Shown: positions 1 to 7,678, counted from the first letter of the stretch. The stretch is 30,035 bases of DNA from a virus (IMGVR_UViG_3300048578_000093:1-30035); one strand, 5' to 3'. Numbers and translations: made by a program. Notes: generated from the sequence alone by a model not told the origin.

Positions 1-148
1 GATGGCGTTGCACCTGATCACCACAGGGAGCGTGGCGTTCAAGGGCTTCCATGTAGTTGACAAGTTCATCTTTGAAGGCGGGGTATCGAGAAAGGATTTC
101 TTTCGCCTGCCTCTTAAAGGTAGGCGAAAGCTTGACCGCGAAGGTCAT
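1..148 (-). CDS. RelE/HigB-like type II toxin, 5' part (runs off window)
   Basis: Manual translation MTFAVKLSPTFKRQAKEILSRYPAFKDELVNYMEALERHAPCGDQVQRH; RelE-type N-terminus; ATGA overlap with upstream gene; absent from ORF track. Confidence 0.7.
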   Translation of the reverse strand, partial: MTFAVKLSPTFKRQAKEILSRYPAFKDELVNYMEALERHAPCGDQVQRH

Positions 149-612
149 TGGAAGAGATCGGAGTCGCGCCAGTCGGTGAACTTGTCCTTGCTCGCCTCTG
201 CCGCCTCAATCAGCCCGTCAAGCAAAGCTCTCCGCTCAGGCGTGGCGATCATGGCAAGGTTTTCCGCCAGATCGTCCCAGTCTTCCCAAGCGGCCTCGAA
301 AAGTGGCTTCAGCACGCACAGGCGGGAGTTCATGGATAGTCTTGAAATGAAGAGCTTGAGGGCATCCCGGGCCTTTACGGTGTCTTCGTACAGCGCAGCG
401 AGGTCTGCCTCTGGTTTCTCTGCCTGATCCTTCGTAGCCCGAAGAGCATTTTCTCCCATCTTGCTTAATCTGATGGCCTCCCGCGCAAGGGCCATGTCTT
501 TCTCCTTCTTTTCCCGCGACCGCCGCCCGGAAGGCGTGGTGGCCTGCATATGTGCCAGGAGTCCGGCGAAGTCTGCGGCACTCATCGGACCGCTGGGTAT
601 TGGCGCGCTCAT
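145..612 (-). CDS. Putative antitoxin / hypothetical protein, 155 aa
   Basis: MSAPIPSG... start; acidic helical C-terminus (WEDWDDLAENLAM); translationally coupled to RelE-like gene. Confidence 0.6.
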   Translation of the reverse strand: MSAPIPSGPMSAADFAGLLAHMQATTPSGRRSREKKEKDMALAREAIRLSKMGENALRATKDQAEKPEADLAALYEDTVKARDALKLFISRLSMNSRLCVLKPLFEAAWEDWDDLAENLAMIATPERRALLDGLIEAAEASKDKFTDWRDSDLFQ

Positions 613-647
613 GGGGCCACCATGTCCACGGGTGGGGTGGAAGTCAA
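613..647 (-). promoter_or_regulatory. Sigma70-like promoter, probably leaderless
   Basis: TTGACT-N17-CATGGT-N6-ATG. Confidence 0.45.
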
Positions 648-732
648 GGGTGGAAGGGGCGGTCGGGTTTCCTCTTTCGTTGCCATCGACATTGGTTGTC
701 TGGTATCGGGGCGGGAAACAAGGGGGAGGAAC

Positions 733-1086
733 ATGAAAACTATCTTGACTTTTCTGGTGGTGTTCTTGGTGGCTGGGTCGATGGCGTGGGCTGGCGACTG
801 GAGGCAATTCAATGCCTCTGTTGGGAAAATTTCCGACGCTGTTGAGGTTGGGGTTAGTCACGACAGATTTCTTGTGTTGCTCGCTGATGCGAACACAAAA
901 TCAAAAGGGCTTTGCGAATCGATGGAGCAAGGGAAAAAGTCGAACAATTGGTTTTGTCTTGCGTTTTGGCAATTTAAGTTGGCCGCCTTGAACTGGTATG
1001 GGACAGGGGCCCCTGATCGGGGCAGGTTTTCGGCGGCCATGCAAAGCGTTGCGAATGGTAGGTCATCTGGTGGAAAGGTAAAATAG
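733..1086 (+). CDS. Secreted/periplasmic hypothetical protein, 117 aa
   Basis: GGAGGA SD; signal peptide MKTILTFLVVFLVAGSMAWA. Confidence 0.75.
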   Translation: MKTILTFLVVFLVAGSMAWAGDWRQFNASVGKISDAVEVGVSHDRFLVLLADANTKSKGLCESMEQGKKSNNWFCLAFWQFKLAALNWYGTGAPDRGRFSAAMQSVANGRSSGGKVK

Positions 1087-1101
1087 CCAAGCGAGATTGC
1101 T

Positions 1102-1935
1102 ATGTGGATTGTTGATTTTTTTACTAGACTTGCTGGCATAGGTGTAAGCAAAGAGAGTCCTTCGATGACTTGGTATAGCAACAGGGTTGACTGTTTAATA
1201 AAAGAATTCCCGTTCCTTCGCAACAATCCGTATTCTCATTGTTCAATGCCAGATTCTGAACTGAGGCGATTGGCTAAAAAAATAAATGAAAGCGATAGAA
1301 TAATAGAGACGTCGGAGTGCATAGATGAAAGATTGAGAAAATGTAAGTTCTGTATAGACGCACTATTTAAGATTTGCGCTTGCTTTCCAACGGAAAAAGA
1401 TTATGCCGTGTCATTGTCAAACGCCCTAGAGACATATGATCGGCTGAAGCAAGGAGATATGCCAGCCATCACCATTCAAGAATATTTTAAAAAAGTGGAC
1501 GGCCTGACATTTGACGAAGTATGGGACAGCCTAGACAATAATAAGCAAAAATCTGTCCCAAGAACTCCAACAGTAGAGGGGGTGCCGGTCTACGAATATG
1601 CAGAAACGCACAAGGATGACTTCGAAGTTATGTACAGATGTTGCGTGGCGGTATTAAAAGAATCTTGTGCTTCTAAAACAACCCCGGCCCCGTATTATTT
1701 CTGGCGTTGTGCGGTTCTTTCAAAGAAAGCAAAAAGATATGATATAGAAATAAAGGTGTGTGAGAGCTATTTGGAATTTGTGGATAGATACTCTTCCGAA
1801 ATGACGGCGTCTGGAAAAGTCCTCGGTAAAGATTGCCTCGATATTTCCCAAGGCCCCCGCGTTTCCGACATGCAAAAACGCTTACCGAAGGCCCGTGCGA
1901 ACTTGGCCAAGCAGAAAGCCACATTCGGAAAGTGA
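1102..1935 (+). CDS. Hypothetical AT-rich moron protein, TPR-like C-terminus
   Basis: 277-aa ORF, visibly lower GC; PYYFWRCAVLSKKAKRYDIEIKVCESYL resembles a TPR-like helix pair. Confidence 0.75.
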   Translation: MWIVDFFTRLAGIGVSKESPSMTWYSNRVDCLIKEFPFLRNNPYSHCSMPDSELRRLAKKINESDRIIETSECIDERLRKCKFCIDALFKICACFPTEKDYAVSLSNALETYDRLKQGDMPAITIQEYFKKVDGLTFDEVWDSLDNNKQKSVPRTPTVEGVPVYEYAETHKDDFEVMYRCCVAVLKESCASKTTPAPYYFWRCAVLSKKAKRYDIEIKVCESYLEFVDRYSSEMTASGKVLGKDCLDISQGPRVSDMQKRLPKARANLAKQKATFGK

Positions 1936-1968
1936 GACAGGCAAGGCTCTCGTTTTTATTCCACCCCT

Positions 1969-2006
1969 GGCCCCCTGGAAACTATCCTTGGGGTCTTCTT
2001 TTTTTC
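1969..2006 (+). terminator. Rho-independent terminator
   Basis: GC hairpin ggccccctgga-aacta-tccttggggtc followed by T-rich tract. Confidence 0.65.
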
Positions 2007-2037
2007 TTGACTCCCTTGAGAACTTGCGCGGGCCGGC

Positions 2038-2078
2038 TTGACAAGCAATCTAGTAAAACTTAGAAAGCTAGAAAGGAG
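2038..2078 (+). promoter_or_regulatory. Promoter with repeated TAGAAAG (putative RHH operator)
   Basis: TTGACA at 2038, 17-nt spacer, TAGAAA; CTAGTAAA/TAGAAAG/CTAGAAAG repeats. Confidence 0.45.
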
Positions 2079-2088
2079 GGCGCGAAGG

Positions 2089-2232
2089 GTGAAAGCTATC
2101 AACATAAAAATTTTCCCTGACGACGTTCACCGGGAAGCTAAAGCCCAGGCAGCGAAAGAGGGGAAAACCCTTCAGGACTGGATTATCGAAGCCGTCAAGG
2201 AGAAATTGGAGCGTTCACAGGAAGCAAAATAA
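2089..2232 (+). CDS. Ribbon-helix-helix (Arc/HicB-C-like) regulator, copy 1, 47 aa
   Basis: GTG after AGGAGG; KAINIKIFPDDVHREAKAQAAKEGKTLQDWIIEAV. Confidence 0.85.
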   Translation: MKAINIKIFPDDVHREAKAQAAKEGKTLQDWIIEAVKEKLERSQEAK

Positions 2233-2301
2233 GCGGCCCCGGCCGGGTGTACCACCACCCAACCGAGGCCTAACCACAAACAACCTTACAAGGAGGTTGT
2301 C

Positions 2302-3255
2302 ATGGCTCAGGCGAGTTTAACCGAAGCCCTCGTTGCGGGCAATGCCACCCCGGCACCCATCCCATTTGCTTTCGAGTCCCACCAAATTCGCACCGTCATC
2401 AACGGCGATGGCAAGCCCTGGTTTGTGGCCAAGGACGTTGCCGCATCTCTTGGCGTCGGCTGGTCCGGCCACACGCTCGACAATATCCCCGCTGATTGGC
2501 AAAGGATGGTAAAACTTACCACTCCTCGCATGAAACACGGTGAAATTGTTGCGAATACCAAGCAGAAAACCAAACTCATCTCCGAACCAGCCGTCTACAA
2601 ACTGGCCTTCCGGTCCAACAAGCCCGAGGCCGACCGCTTCACGAACTGGATTGCTTCCGAGGTCATCCCGACCCTGCGCCGGACGGGGAAATACGAGGTC
2701 TGCCCCGCTCCCTCCCGCCTGACCACGGCCAAGGAACGCAACGCGCTCACCGGTCTTGTCAACCGCTACGTGGGGCAACTCCCCGGCGGCCCGCACCAGG
2801 AAGCCTACAAGGCGACGTGGCGCAAGGTCCACGAGGTTATGGGCATCGGCTCCATCGAAGAATTGACCGTGGAGCAGTTGCCCCGGGCCGTGATGCTCAT
2901 GAAGTCGCTGGTGGACGCGATGGCGCTGCCGGATGCCAAGCCGCCAAAGGCCCTTCCGGCCCGCCCCTGGCCCGACCTTCCCCCGCGCCATTGGAACCTT
3001 TTGATTGGCCGATTTTTCCGAGCCGCCGAGGTCTTTAGCAAAGACCTTGACACCATCAAGGCTGAAGCGTTCGCCCCTTTCAAGCTGGACCGCGAAACGC
3101 CGAGACCTATCCTTCTTGATGCGGCCCTTCAGCCCTCTCGCCAGCTTTTCGACGTTACTGATGAGCACATCCGAACCCTGGGACGATGTGTGTACGATTC
3201 GATTCTCAGCCTCCAGAGAACATGGGGCGTGCTGCAAGCGCAGGCGGGGAGGTAG
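2302..3255 (+). CDS. Phage antirepressor, BRO-N domain plus P22 Ant-C-like domain
   Basis: PWFVAKDVAASLG and LISEPAVYKLAFRSNKPEADRFTNWIASEVIPTLRRTGKY (BRO-N); IEELTVEQLPRAV. Confidence 0.9.
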   Translation: MAQASLTEALVAGNATPAPIPFAFESHQIRTVINGDGKPWFVAKDVAASLGVGWSGHTLDNIPADWQRMVKLTTPRMKHGEIVANTKQKTKLISEPAVYKLAFRSNKPEADRFTNWIASEVIPTLRRTGKYEVCPAPSRLTTAKERNALTGLVNRYVGQLPGGPHQEAYKATWRKVHEVMGIGSIEELTVEQLPRAVMLMKSLVDAMALPDAKPPKALPARPWPDLPPRHWNLLIGRFFRAAEVFSKDLDTIKAEAFAPFKLDRETPRPILLDAALQPSRQLFDVTDEHIRTLGRCVYDSILSLQRTWGVLQAQAGR

Positions 3256-3258
3256 GCC

Positions 3259-3387
3259 ATGAGCGACCCAAAGCGCATCAACGAGGATTTGGCCCTGGTC
3301 CTGGCAATGATGGAGCTTAACCGCATCCTGGTCGGCCAGAGAGAGGGGCGGCGGCAAGGGCCAGCCCCGGAAGTGGTGGCGGCGTAG
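3259..3387 (+). CDS. 42-aa micropeptide after antirepressor, copy 1
   Basis: GGAGG SD; MSDPKRINEDLALVLAMMELNRILVGQ...; related to 18607-18768. Confidence 0.6.
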   Translation: MSDPKRINEDLALVLAMMELNRILVGQREGRRQGPAPEVVAA

Positions 3388-3392
3388 ATAGG

Positions 3393-3422
3393 AAGGGGCC
3401 GGGCTGGGAGGTCCGGCCCCTT
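3393..3422. terminator. GC-rich hairpin closing antirepressor cassette 1
   Basis: aaggggccgggc...gtccggcccctt; near-identical to 18782-18811; no long U tract. Confidence 0.55.
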
Positions 3423-3454
3423 GACTTCCGGTTTCGCGTGAGCAAAGGAATGGT

Positions 3455-3601
3455 ATGCGGAAGAGGATGACCGACTGGCTTGAAAAAATGTCCGTGGCCT
3501 CTGTCGGCGTCGGCATATTTCAAGGAAGCTGGCAAGGGATCGTGGTGGGCATCATAACCACCTTCATCTGGTACAAGCTCGTTCGCCGGGGTGATGTATG
3601 A
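3455..3601 (+). CDS. 48-aa membrane micropeptide (DUF6722-like), copy 1
   Basis: MRKRMTDWLEKMSVASVGVGIFQGSWQGIVVGIITTFIWYKLVRRGDV; paralog at 16742. Confidence 0.7.
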   Translation: MRKRMTDWLEKMSVASVGVGIFQGSWQGIVVGIITTFIWYKLVRRGDV

Positions 3602-3708
3602 ACGAAAACCTCATGTGGCTGACCATCCTGGTCCTGGTCCTCATCGTTGGCGCTGTAGGCTGGTTCTCGCCCCCTGACAAGCCGGGGCGCGGCGGCGGCT
3701 GCAAGTAG
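3598..3708 (+). CDS. 36-aa single-TM micropeptide with PPDKP tail, copy 1
   Basis: ATGA overlap; MNENLMWLTILVLVLIVGAVGWFSPPDKPGRGGGCK; paralog at 16884. Confidence 0.65.
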   Translation: MNENLMWLTILVLVLIVGAVGWFSPPDKPGRGGGCK

Positions 3709-3730
3709 CGCCTTCCCCCTTTTTATCTGT

Positions 3731-3762
3731 GGGCCGCTCGAAAGGGCGGCCTTTCATTTTTT
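3731..3762 (+). terminator. Rho-independent terminator
   Basis: ggccgctc-gaaa-gggcggcc followed by tttcatttttt. Confidence 0.8.
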
Positions 3763-3811
3763 GCTAGCATTTTTTGCTTGCAATACTTGCAATAATTGCT
3801 AGCTTACTCCC
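3762..3811 (+). promoter_or_regulatory. hicAB promoter/operator
   Basis: TTGCAA at 3778, TAGCTT at 3800; palindromic TGCTAGC(A) boxes at 3762 and 3797. Confidence 0.5.
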
Positions 3812-4081
3812 ATGAACAGCGCGCACAAGAAAACCCTGGCCGCCGTGTTTGCCAGCCCGACCCCGAAGAATCTGGAGTGGGCAAGGATTGAAGCGTTGAT
3901 GACCGCCAGCGGGTGCGATATTTTCGAAGGGCGCGGATCGCGGGTGACGTTTTCCAAGGGGCCGCATTCGCTGGATGCGCACCGCCCGCACCCCGGCAAG
4001 GAAGCCAAGCCCTACCAAGTGCGAGATGCCAGAGTGTTTCTTGAAAAGATCGGGGTGACCCCGGCAAAGGAGGGCATATGA
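3812..4081 (+). CDS. hicA: HicA family toxin
   Basis: EGRGSRVTF...HRPHPGKEAKPYQVRDAR motif. Confidence 0.92.
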   Translation: MNSAHKKTLAAVFASPTPKNLEWARIEALMTASGCDIFEGRGSRVTFSKGPHSLDAHRPHPGKEAKPYQVRDARVFLEKIGVTPAKEGI

Positions 4082-4407
4082 CCCCCATGACGTACAAGGG
4101 CTATGCTGCCCGCATTGAGTACAGCGACGAGGACGGATGCCTTGTTGGCCACATCGCAGGGATAAGTGACATCGTGGGCTTCCACGGCGACTCTGTGGAG
4201 GAAATGCGCACGGCCTTTCAGGAGGCTGTTGACCACTACCTGGAGGCTTGCGCGGCGCGGAAAGCCCCCCCCAACAAACCATATTCCGGGAAGATCATGA
4301 TTCGGGTGTCGCCGGAACTCCACGCCAGGGCGGCCATGGTTGCCGCCGCGCAGGGGAAAAGTCTCAACACCCTTGCGGCGGAAGCCCTGAAGCAGGCCTC
4401 CCTATAG
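4078..4407 (+). CDS. hicB: HicB family antitoxin
   Basis: MTYKGYAARIEYS...FQEAVDHYL...PYSGKIMIRVSPELH...GKSLN. Confidence 0.95.
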   Translation: MTPMTYKGYAARIEYSDEDGCLVGHIAGISDIVGFHGDSVEEMRTAFQEAVDHYLEACAARKAPPNKPYSGKIMIRVSPELHARAAMVAAAQGKSLNTLAAEALKQASL

Positions 4408-4417
4408 CAGTCGCGAA

Positions 4418-4446
4418 AAGGGGGCCGGCATCACACCGGCCCCCTT
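4418..4446. terminator. Hairpin between convergent hicB and tail chaperone
   Basis: aagggggccgg-catcaca-ccggccccctt perfect inverted repeat. Confidence 0.7.
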
Positions 4447-4800
4447 ACTTCTTCTCATACATCTTCTTGACCGCCGGCCACATAAGCCGCTCGATCCGCT
4501 TCACCTTCTCGTAATCCTCTTCCGTCCCGCCCAGGGCTGCGGTCAGTTCGACCATGGCCAGGGACGGGACAGGGAGAGGAATTGCGGCCATGCCGACCGC
4601 AAAAGGCCGGTCAAACTCATGGAGCGAGGACCATACGCCCCAGGCCAGGGCGTTGGCCGGAAAGAGTTCGACGTCGCAGCGGCGCGAGCACGAGTCGCAG
4701 GGCGTGGGTTCCTTGAAGGCTGCATAGATCCTCTCGCATTCCTCACGTGAAGCCCTTGTCGCCCCCGGCTTGTTCGCCTCGCACCACTCCTCTAGTTTTT
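4445..4800 (-). CDS. Tail assembly chaperone frameshift extension (gpT-like)
   Basis: -1 frame open from the slippery site to TAA at 4445: KLEEWCEANKPG...VELFPANALAWGVW...KKMYEKK. Confidence 0.8.
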
Positions 4801-5157
4801 TGCGGCGACATCGGCCTCCACGGCGTCGGCAGCCCCGGCATCACGCAGCACAGCGTACATGAGGCCCGGCGCGGTTTCGCACAGGATGTCCATGTTCTCG
4901 GTGGAATAGGGAATGTCCCCGTCATCGCCCGGAAGGCCGGTAAAACCCAGGATCACGCGCCGGCACTTGGCTTTGAGAAGGGCGGCCGGATCGGTGGTGA
5001 CGTTCTGCTTGGTCTGCCGGTCGAAGGTCTGGAAGCTCTTGTCGAGTTCCAGTTCTTCAGTGAAGGGCATGGGCTTGACGTGGAAGATGGCCCCGGGAGC
5101 GTCGACAACACGGATGTGGCGCTCGCGGACCTTTTTCAGCGAAAACTTGGTAGCCAT
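4792..5157 (-). CDS. Tail assembly chaperone (gpG-like)
   Basis: Position after tail tube; GFTGLPGDDGDIPYSTEN; ends AAKN at slippery site. Confidence 0.85.
   Translation of the reverse strand: MATKFSLKKVRERHIRVVDAPGAIFHVKPMPFTEELELDKSFQTFDRQTKQNVTTDPAALLKAKCRRVILGFTGLPGDDGDIPYSTENMDILCETAPGLMYAVLRDAGAADAVEADVAAKN
4795..4801 (-). other. -1 programmed frameshift slippery site A AAA AAC
   Basis: GCA AAA AAC TAG at end of chaperone gene. Confidence 0.85.
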
Positions 5158-5182
5158 GATTCTTGTCCCCTTTTCCCCGTAA

Positions 5183-5244
5183 TTTGCGGGCCGAAAGCGG
5201 CCGGGTGTCCGCTTGTCGGGAGCGCTCCCTATCCGGCCCGCAAA
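5183..5244 (-). ncRNA. C4-like structured RNA
   Basis: Closing stem uuugcgggccg/cggcccgcaaa, hairpin GGGAGCGCUCCC, GACAAG junction, hairpin AAGCGG-ACACCCGG-CCGCUU; resembles the C4 RNA layout as recalled. Confidence 0.55.
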
Positions 5245-5247
5245 AGA

Positions 5248-6645
5248 TTATTCCAGGCCGATGACCAGGGAGTTTTCGCCAACGCCGTCCGCCGTCCGTT
5301 GCCCCAAGGCCGTGACCTTGGCCTTGATGGCCACGGTTCCGCTGTCGCGGTTCAGGTCAGGCGATTCCGGCGAGGCGCGACCGATAAACAGGCTGCACTT
5401 GTGCCCGGGCACACTGCCAAGCTGGACCTCGACCGTGGTTTCTGTGCCGTCGAAGCCATCCCCGAAACGCAGGGTGTCGGCGGTGCGGAAATAGCTGTCG
5501 ATATCCATGGTGATGTCCCGGGGGGTTCCCACCACGGTGGACGGGAAGACGGTCCCAAGCTCATCGGTCTTGTAGTCCTTGGGGGCACCGATGGAGAGAG
5601 TGGTGGACCGAAGGTTGCCCAGTACCCCGTTGATCAACACCTTCGTGTCCCGGTTCAGCACGATTTCGCCGATGGGGGCGGCCGGCGGCAGATAGCCCAT
5701 AATGCTGTCGCCCTCGGCCCATCCGCCAACGGGAACCGGCGGCGAAATCGTGATGATGTTCGCCGCGTAATCGATGTCGGTGATGGTGAAGCCGCTGGTT
5801 CCGTTCGTGGCTTTTTTGGTCTTGTTCTGGACCCTGGCCCCAATCGAGTAAGCCTTGGCGAAGGCCCGGCCATCGGGAAGCTCGACCTTGATGGTGCTGG
5901 CCCCGGCGATGGCGGCTTCGGCAAGCTGCCCGATGGCGGCGAACCCCATGCGGGTGCCCTGACCCTTGAACGAGAGCAGCACGCCGTCCTCGTTCTTGAT
6001 GTCCATGGTGCAGGCGTTGACCGTGGCGCCGGCCACGAACTGCAGGAACCAGTCGGTCATCTGCCAGAACGTGAACTTCTCCGAGTCCTGGGCCTGCCGG
6101 TAGACCTGGGTAAGCAGGGTGATGGCCGCGCCGTCAACGGCTGCCGCGGCAACGGTGGAGTCGTAGGCCCGGGTGCAACCAGTGAAGGCCACGCCGGTGT
6201 TTCCGGTGTAGCGGATGACTTCGGTCCCGATGCGGACAACGCCGACCGGCGGGAAGAGGTCGTCGGCCCCGTCGTAGGGGATCGTCGTGACGGCGTCGGT
6301 GATGTCGCCATTGACCGTGGCGGTCAGGCCGGTGACGAATTCGCCCTGGAGTGCCCGAAGCAGAGCGTGTCCCTGCGGCAGGACGCCGAGACCGCCCATG
6401 CGAAGATACATGGGCAAAGCCCATTCGGCCGGCGCATAGCCCCCGGGAAGCTTGTCGAGCTTGTCCAGGGTGTCGGCCATCTCCTTGGAATCGGAGGTGT
6501 TCAGTTTTTGGTTGATGCTCGAATCGCCGGCCGGGCAGATGAAGTCAGCCGCGACCGGGAATTGCGGCGTCCCGGGCGTCGTTTCCTTGGCGACGAAGCA
6601 TCGGGTCCGCCGGGCAAGGTTGATGTCGTCAAAACTGTAGGCCAT
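5248..6645 (-). CDS. Major tail tube protein with inserted beta-rich domains
   Basis: FVAKETTPGTP N-terminal motif; position; 465 aa. Confidence 0.85.
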   Translation of the reverse strand: MAYSFDDINLARRTRCFVAKETTPGTPQFPVAADFICPAGDSSINQKLNTSDSKEMADTLDKLDKLPGGYAPAEWALPMYLRMGGLGVLPQGHALLRALQGEFVTGLTATVNGDITDAVTTIPYDGADDLFPPVGVVRIGTEVIRYTGNTGVAFTGCTRAYDSTVAAAAVDGAAITLLTQVYRQAQDSEKFTFWQMTDWFLQFVAGATVNACTMDIKNEDGVLLSFKGQGTRMGFAAIGQLAEAAIAGASTIKVELPDGRAFAKAYSIGARVQNKTKKATNGTSGFTITDIDYAANIITISPPVPVGGWAEGDSIMGYLPPAAPIGEIVLNRDTKVLINGVLGNLRSTTLSIGAPKDYKTDELGTVFPSTVVGTPRDITMDIDSYFRTADTLRFGDGFDGTETTVEVQLGSVPGHKCSLFIGRASPESPDLNRDSGTVAIKAKVTALGQRTADGVGENSLVIGLE

Positions 6646-6712
6646 GGAAGCCTCCTCGAAAACGGGTTCCTGGTTGTTCCAGGCCCTCCGGCCTTCGAGA
6701 GGCTCCGGGGCT
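6646..6712 (-). promoter_or_regulatory. SD-sequestering stem in tail tube leader
   Basis: GGAGCCUCUCGAA (6694-6706) can pair with UUCGAGGAGGCUUCC (6646-6660), which contains the SD. Confidence 0.5.
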
Positions 6713-6730
6713 CAACGGGACAGGGCGCGG

Positions 6731-6925
6731 CTACTGCTCGCGCTTGGGCCGGTGTTCGACGGCCACGCCCCCCCTGAAAACAATGCGCTCGCGACAGCGC
6801 GGGCAGACGATGCGTGCGTACTTGGGTTCTGATTCCTCAATCATGCGCCTGCAGGCGGGGCAGACATGCTTGACCAGAATGGTCCCTGATGGCGGGGCAA
6901 CAGAGAAGCCGGCGAAATAGTCCAT
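6731..6925 (-). CDS. Com-like (Mu) zinc-finger regulator, 64 aa
   Basis: CPACRRMI...RIVCPRCRE CxxC...CxxC zinc ribbon. Confidence 0.7.
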   Translation of the reverse strand: MDYFAGFSVAPPSGTILVKHVCPACRRMIEESEPKYARIVCPRCRERIVFRGGVAVEHRPKREQ

Positions 6926-7110
6926 CACGCCACCTTGACGCCGACCTGGATGCAAATAAGTTCCTTGCCCCAGTTCTGGCCGAGCGTATTTTCGCGAACC
7001 ATGGCGAGGTCGGTCACAGTCGTGTCCGTCTGCTTTTCAAACTTGGAAACCAGACCCTTGATGGCCTGGCCAAGTTCGTCCGCTTTTTCCCGAATCTCTC
7101 TGGCATTCAT
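6925..7110 (-). CDS. Hypothetical protein, 61 aa
   Basis: GGAGAG SD; coupled to neighbours. Confidence 0.7.
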   Translation of the reverse strand: MNAREIREKADELGQAIKGLVSKFEKQTDTTVTDLAMVRENTLGQNWGKELICIQVGVKVA

Positions 7111-7283
7111 GATGCTCTCCTTTTGCCGTTTTCGCGGTCGATAATCACCTGGATGATGGCCTCAGCCAGGAGCATGGCAAAATCAGGGTGCTTCGTGTCC
7201 ACGATGATCGGCACGGAGACCCGCCCCCTTGGCCCATACTGCAAAGGCCCGGCCTTGATGTACCCAGGCAACAGCTTCGCCAT
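7107..7283 (-). CDS. Hypothetical protein, 58 aa
   Basis: MAKLLPGYIKAGPLQY...; fills the gap, ATGA coupling. Confidence 0.6.
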   Translation of the reverse strand: MAKLLPGYIKAGPLQYGPRGRVSVPIIVDTKHPDFAMLLAEAIIQVIIDRENGKRRAS

Positions 7284-7288
7284 GGCCC

Positions 7289-7678
7289 TTACGCTCCGGT
7301 CCAGGCCCACCATGGGCACGTGACCGTATGTTGTTGGTCCTCGCCCCGCACGCCGCTGTCGGTCGTGTAGGGCTTCTCAAAATGCACCTTCTCAACGTCC
7401 TTCTTTCTGAAGAGCGATTCGACCTGATCCGCCAAGGCCGCGCCGACCTGGACACCCTCGCCGGCAGCCGTGAAAACCTGCACCTTGACCACACCCGGGC
7501 GCTTGTCCACGCCGCCCTCTCCGACCTCGCCTTCGCTGGTCTGGCCCGGGAGGATGAAGCAACAAACCCAGGGTCGGGTCTGGTTGGCCGGGTCTAGGTT
7601 TCCGAACGTGACCGGCGTGGCCGTCCAGCTCGCGTTGAAATAGGTCTGAATGGCCCGGATGATGGCTTCGAGGGTCAT
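7289..7678 (-). CDS. Tail terminator-like protein
   Basis: TPVTFGNLDP...PWVCCFILPG...GVVKVQVFTAAGEG. Confidence 0.85.
   Translation of the reverse strand: MTLEAIIRAIQTYFNASWTATPVTFGNLDPANQTRPWVCCFILPGQTSEGEVGEGGVDKRPGVVKVQVFTAAGEGVQVGAALADQVESLFRKKDVEKVHFEKPYTTDSGVRGEDQQHTVTCPWWAWTGA

Noticed and set aside
145-861. Long ORF-track starts (also 10528, 16204, 25165, 29463, 8190, 9334)
   Set aside because: They overlap neighbouring genes; shorter starts have an SD, coupling or promoter support
2317-3516. 399-aa minus-strand ORF
   Set aside because: Shadow of the BRO antirepressor
4747-6777. 676-aa + strand ORF (also 10814-12022, 12143-12940, 18810-19922, 23729-24574)
   Set aside because: Antisense shadows of clear minus-strand genes in GC-rich DNA; no motifs
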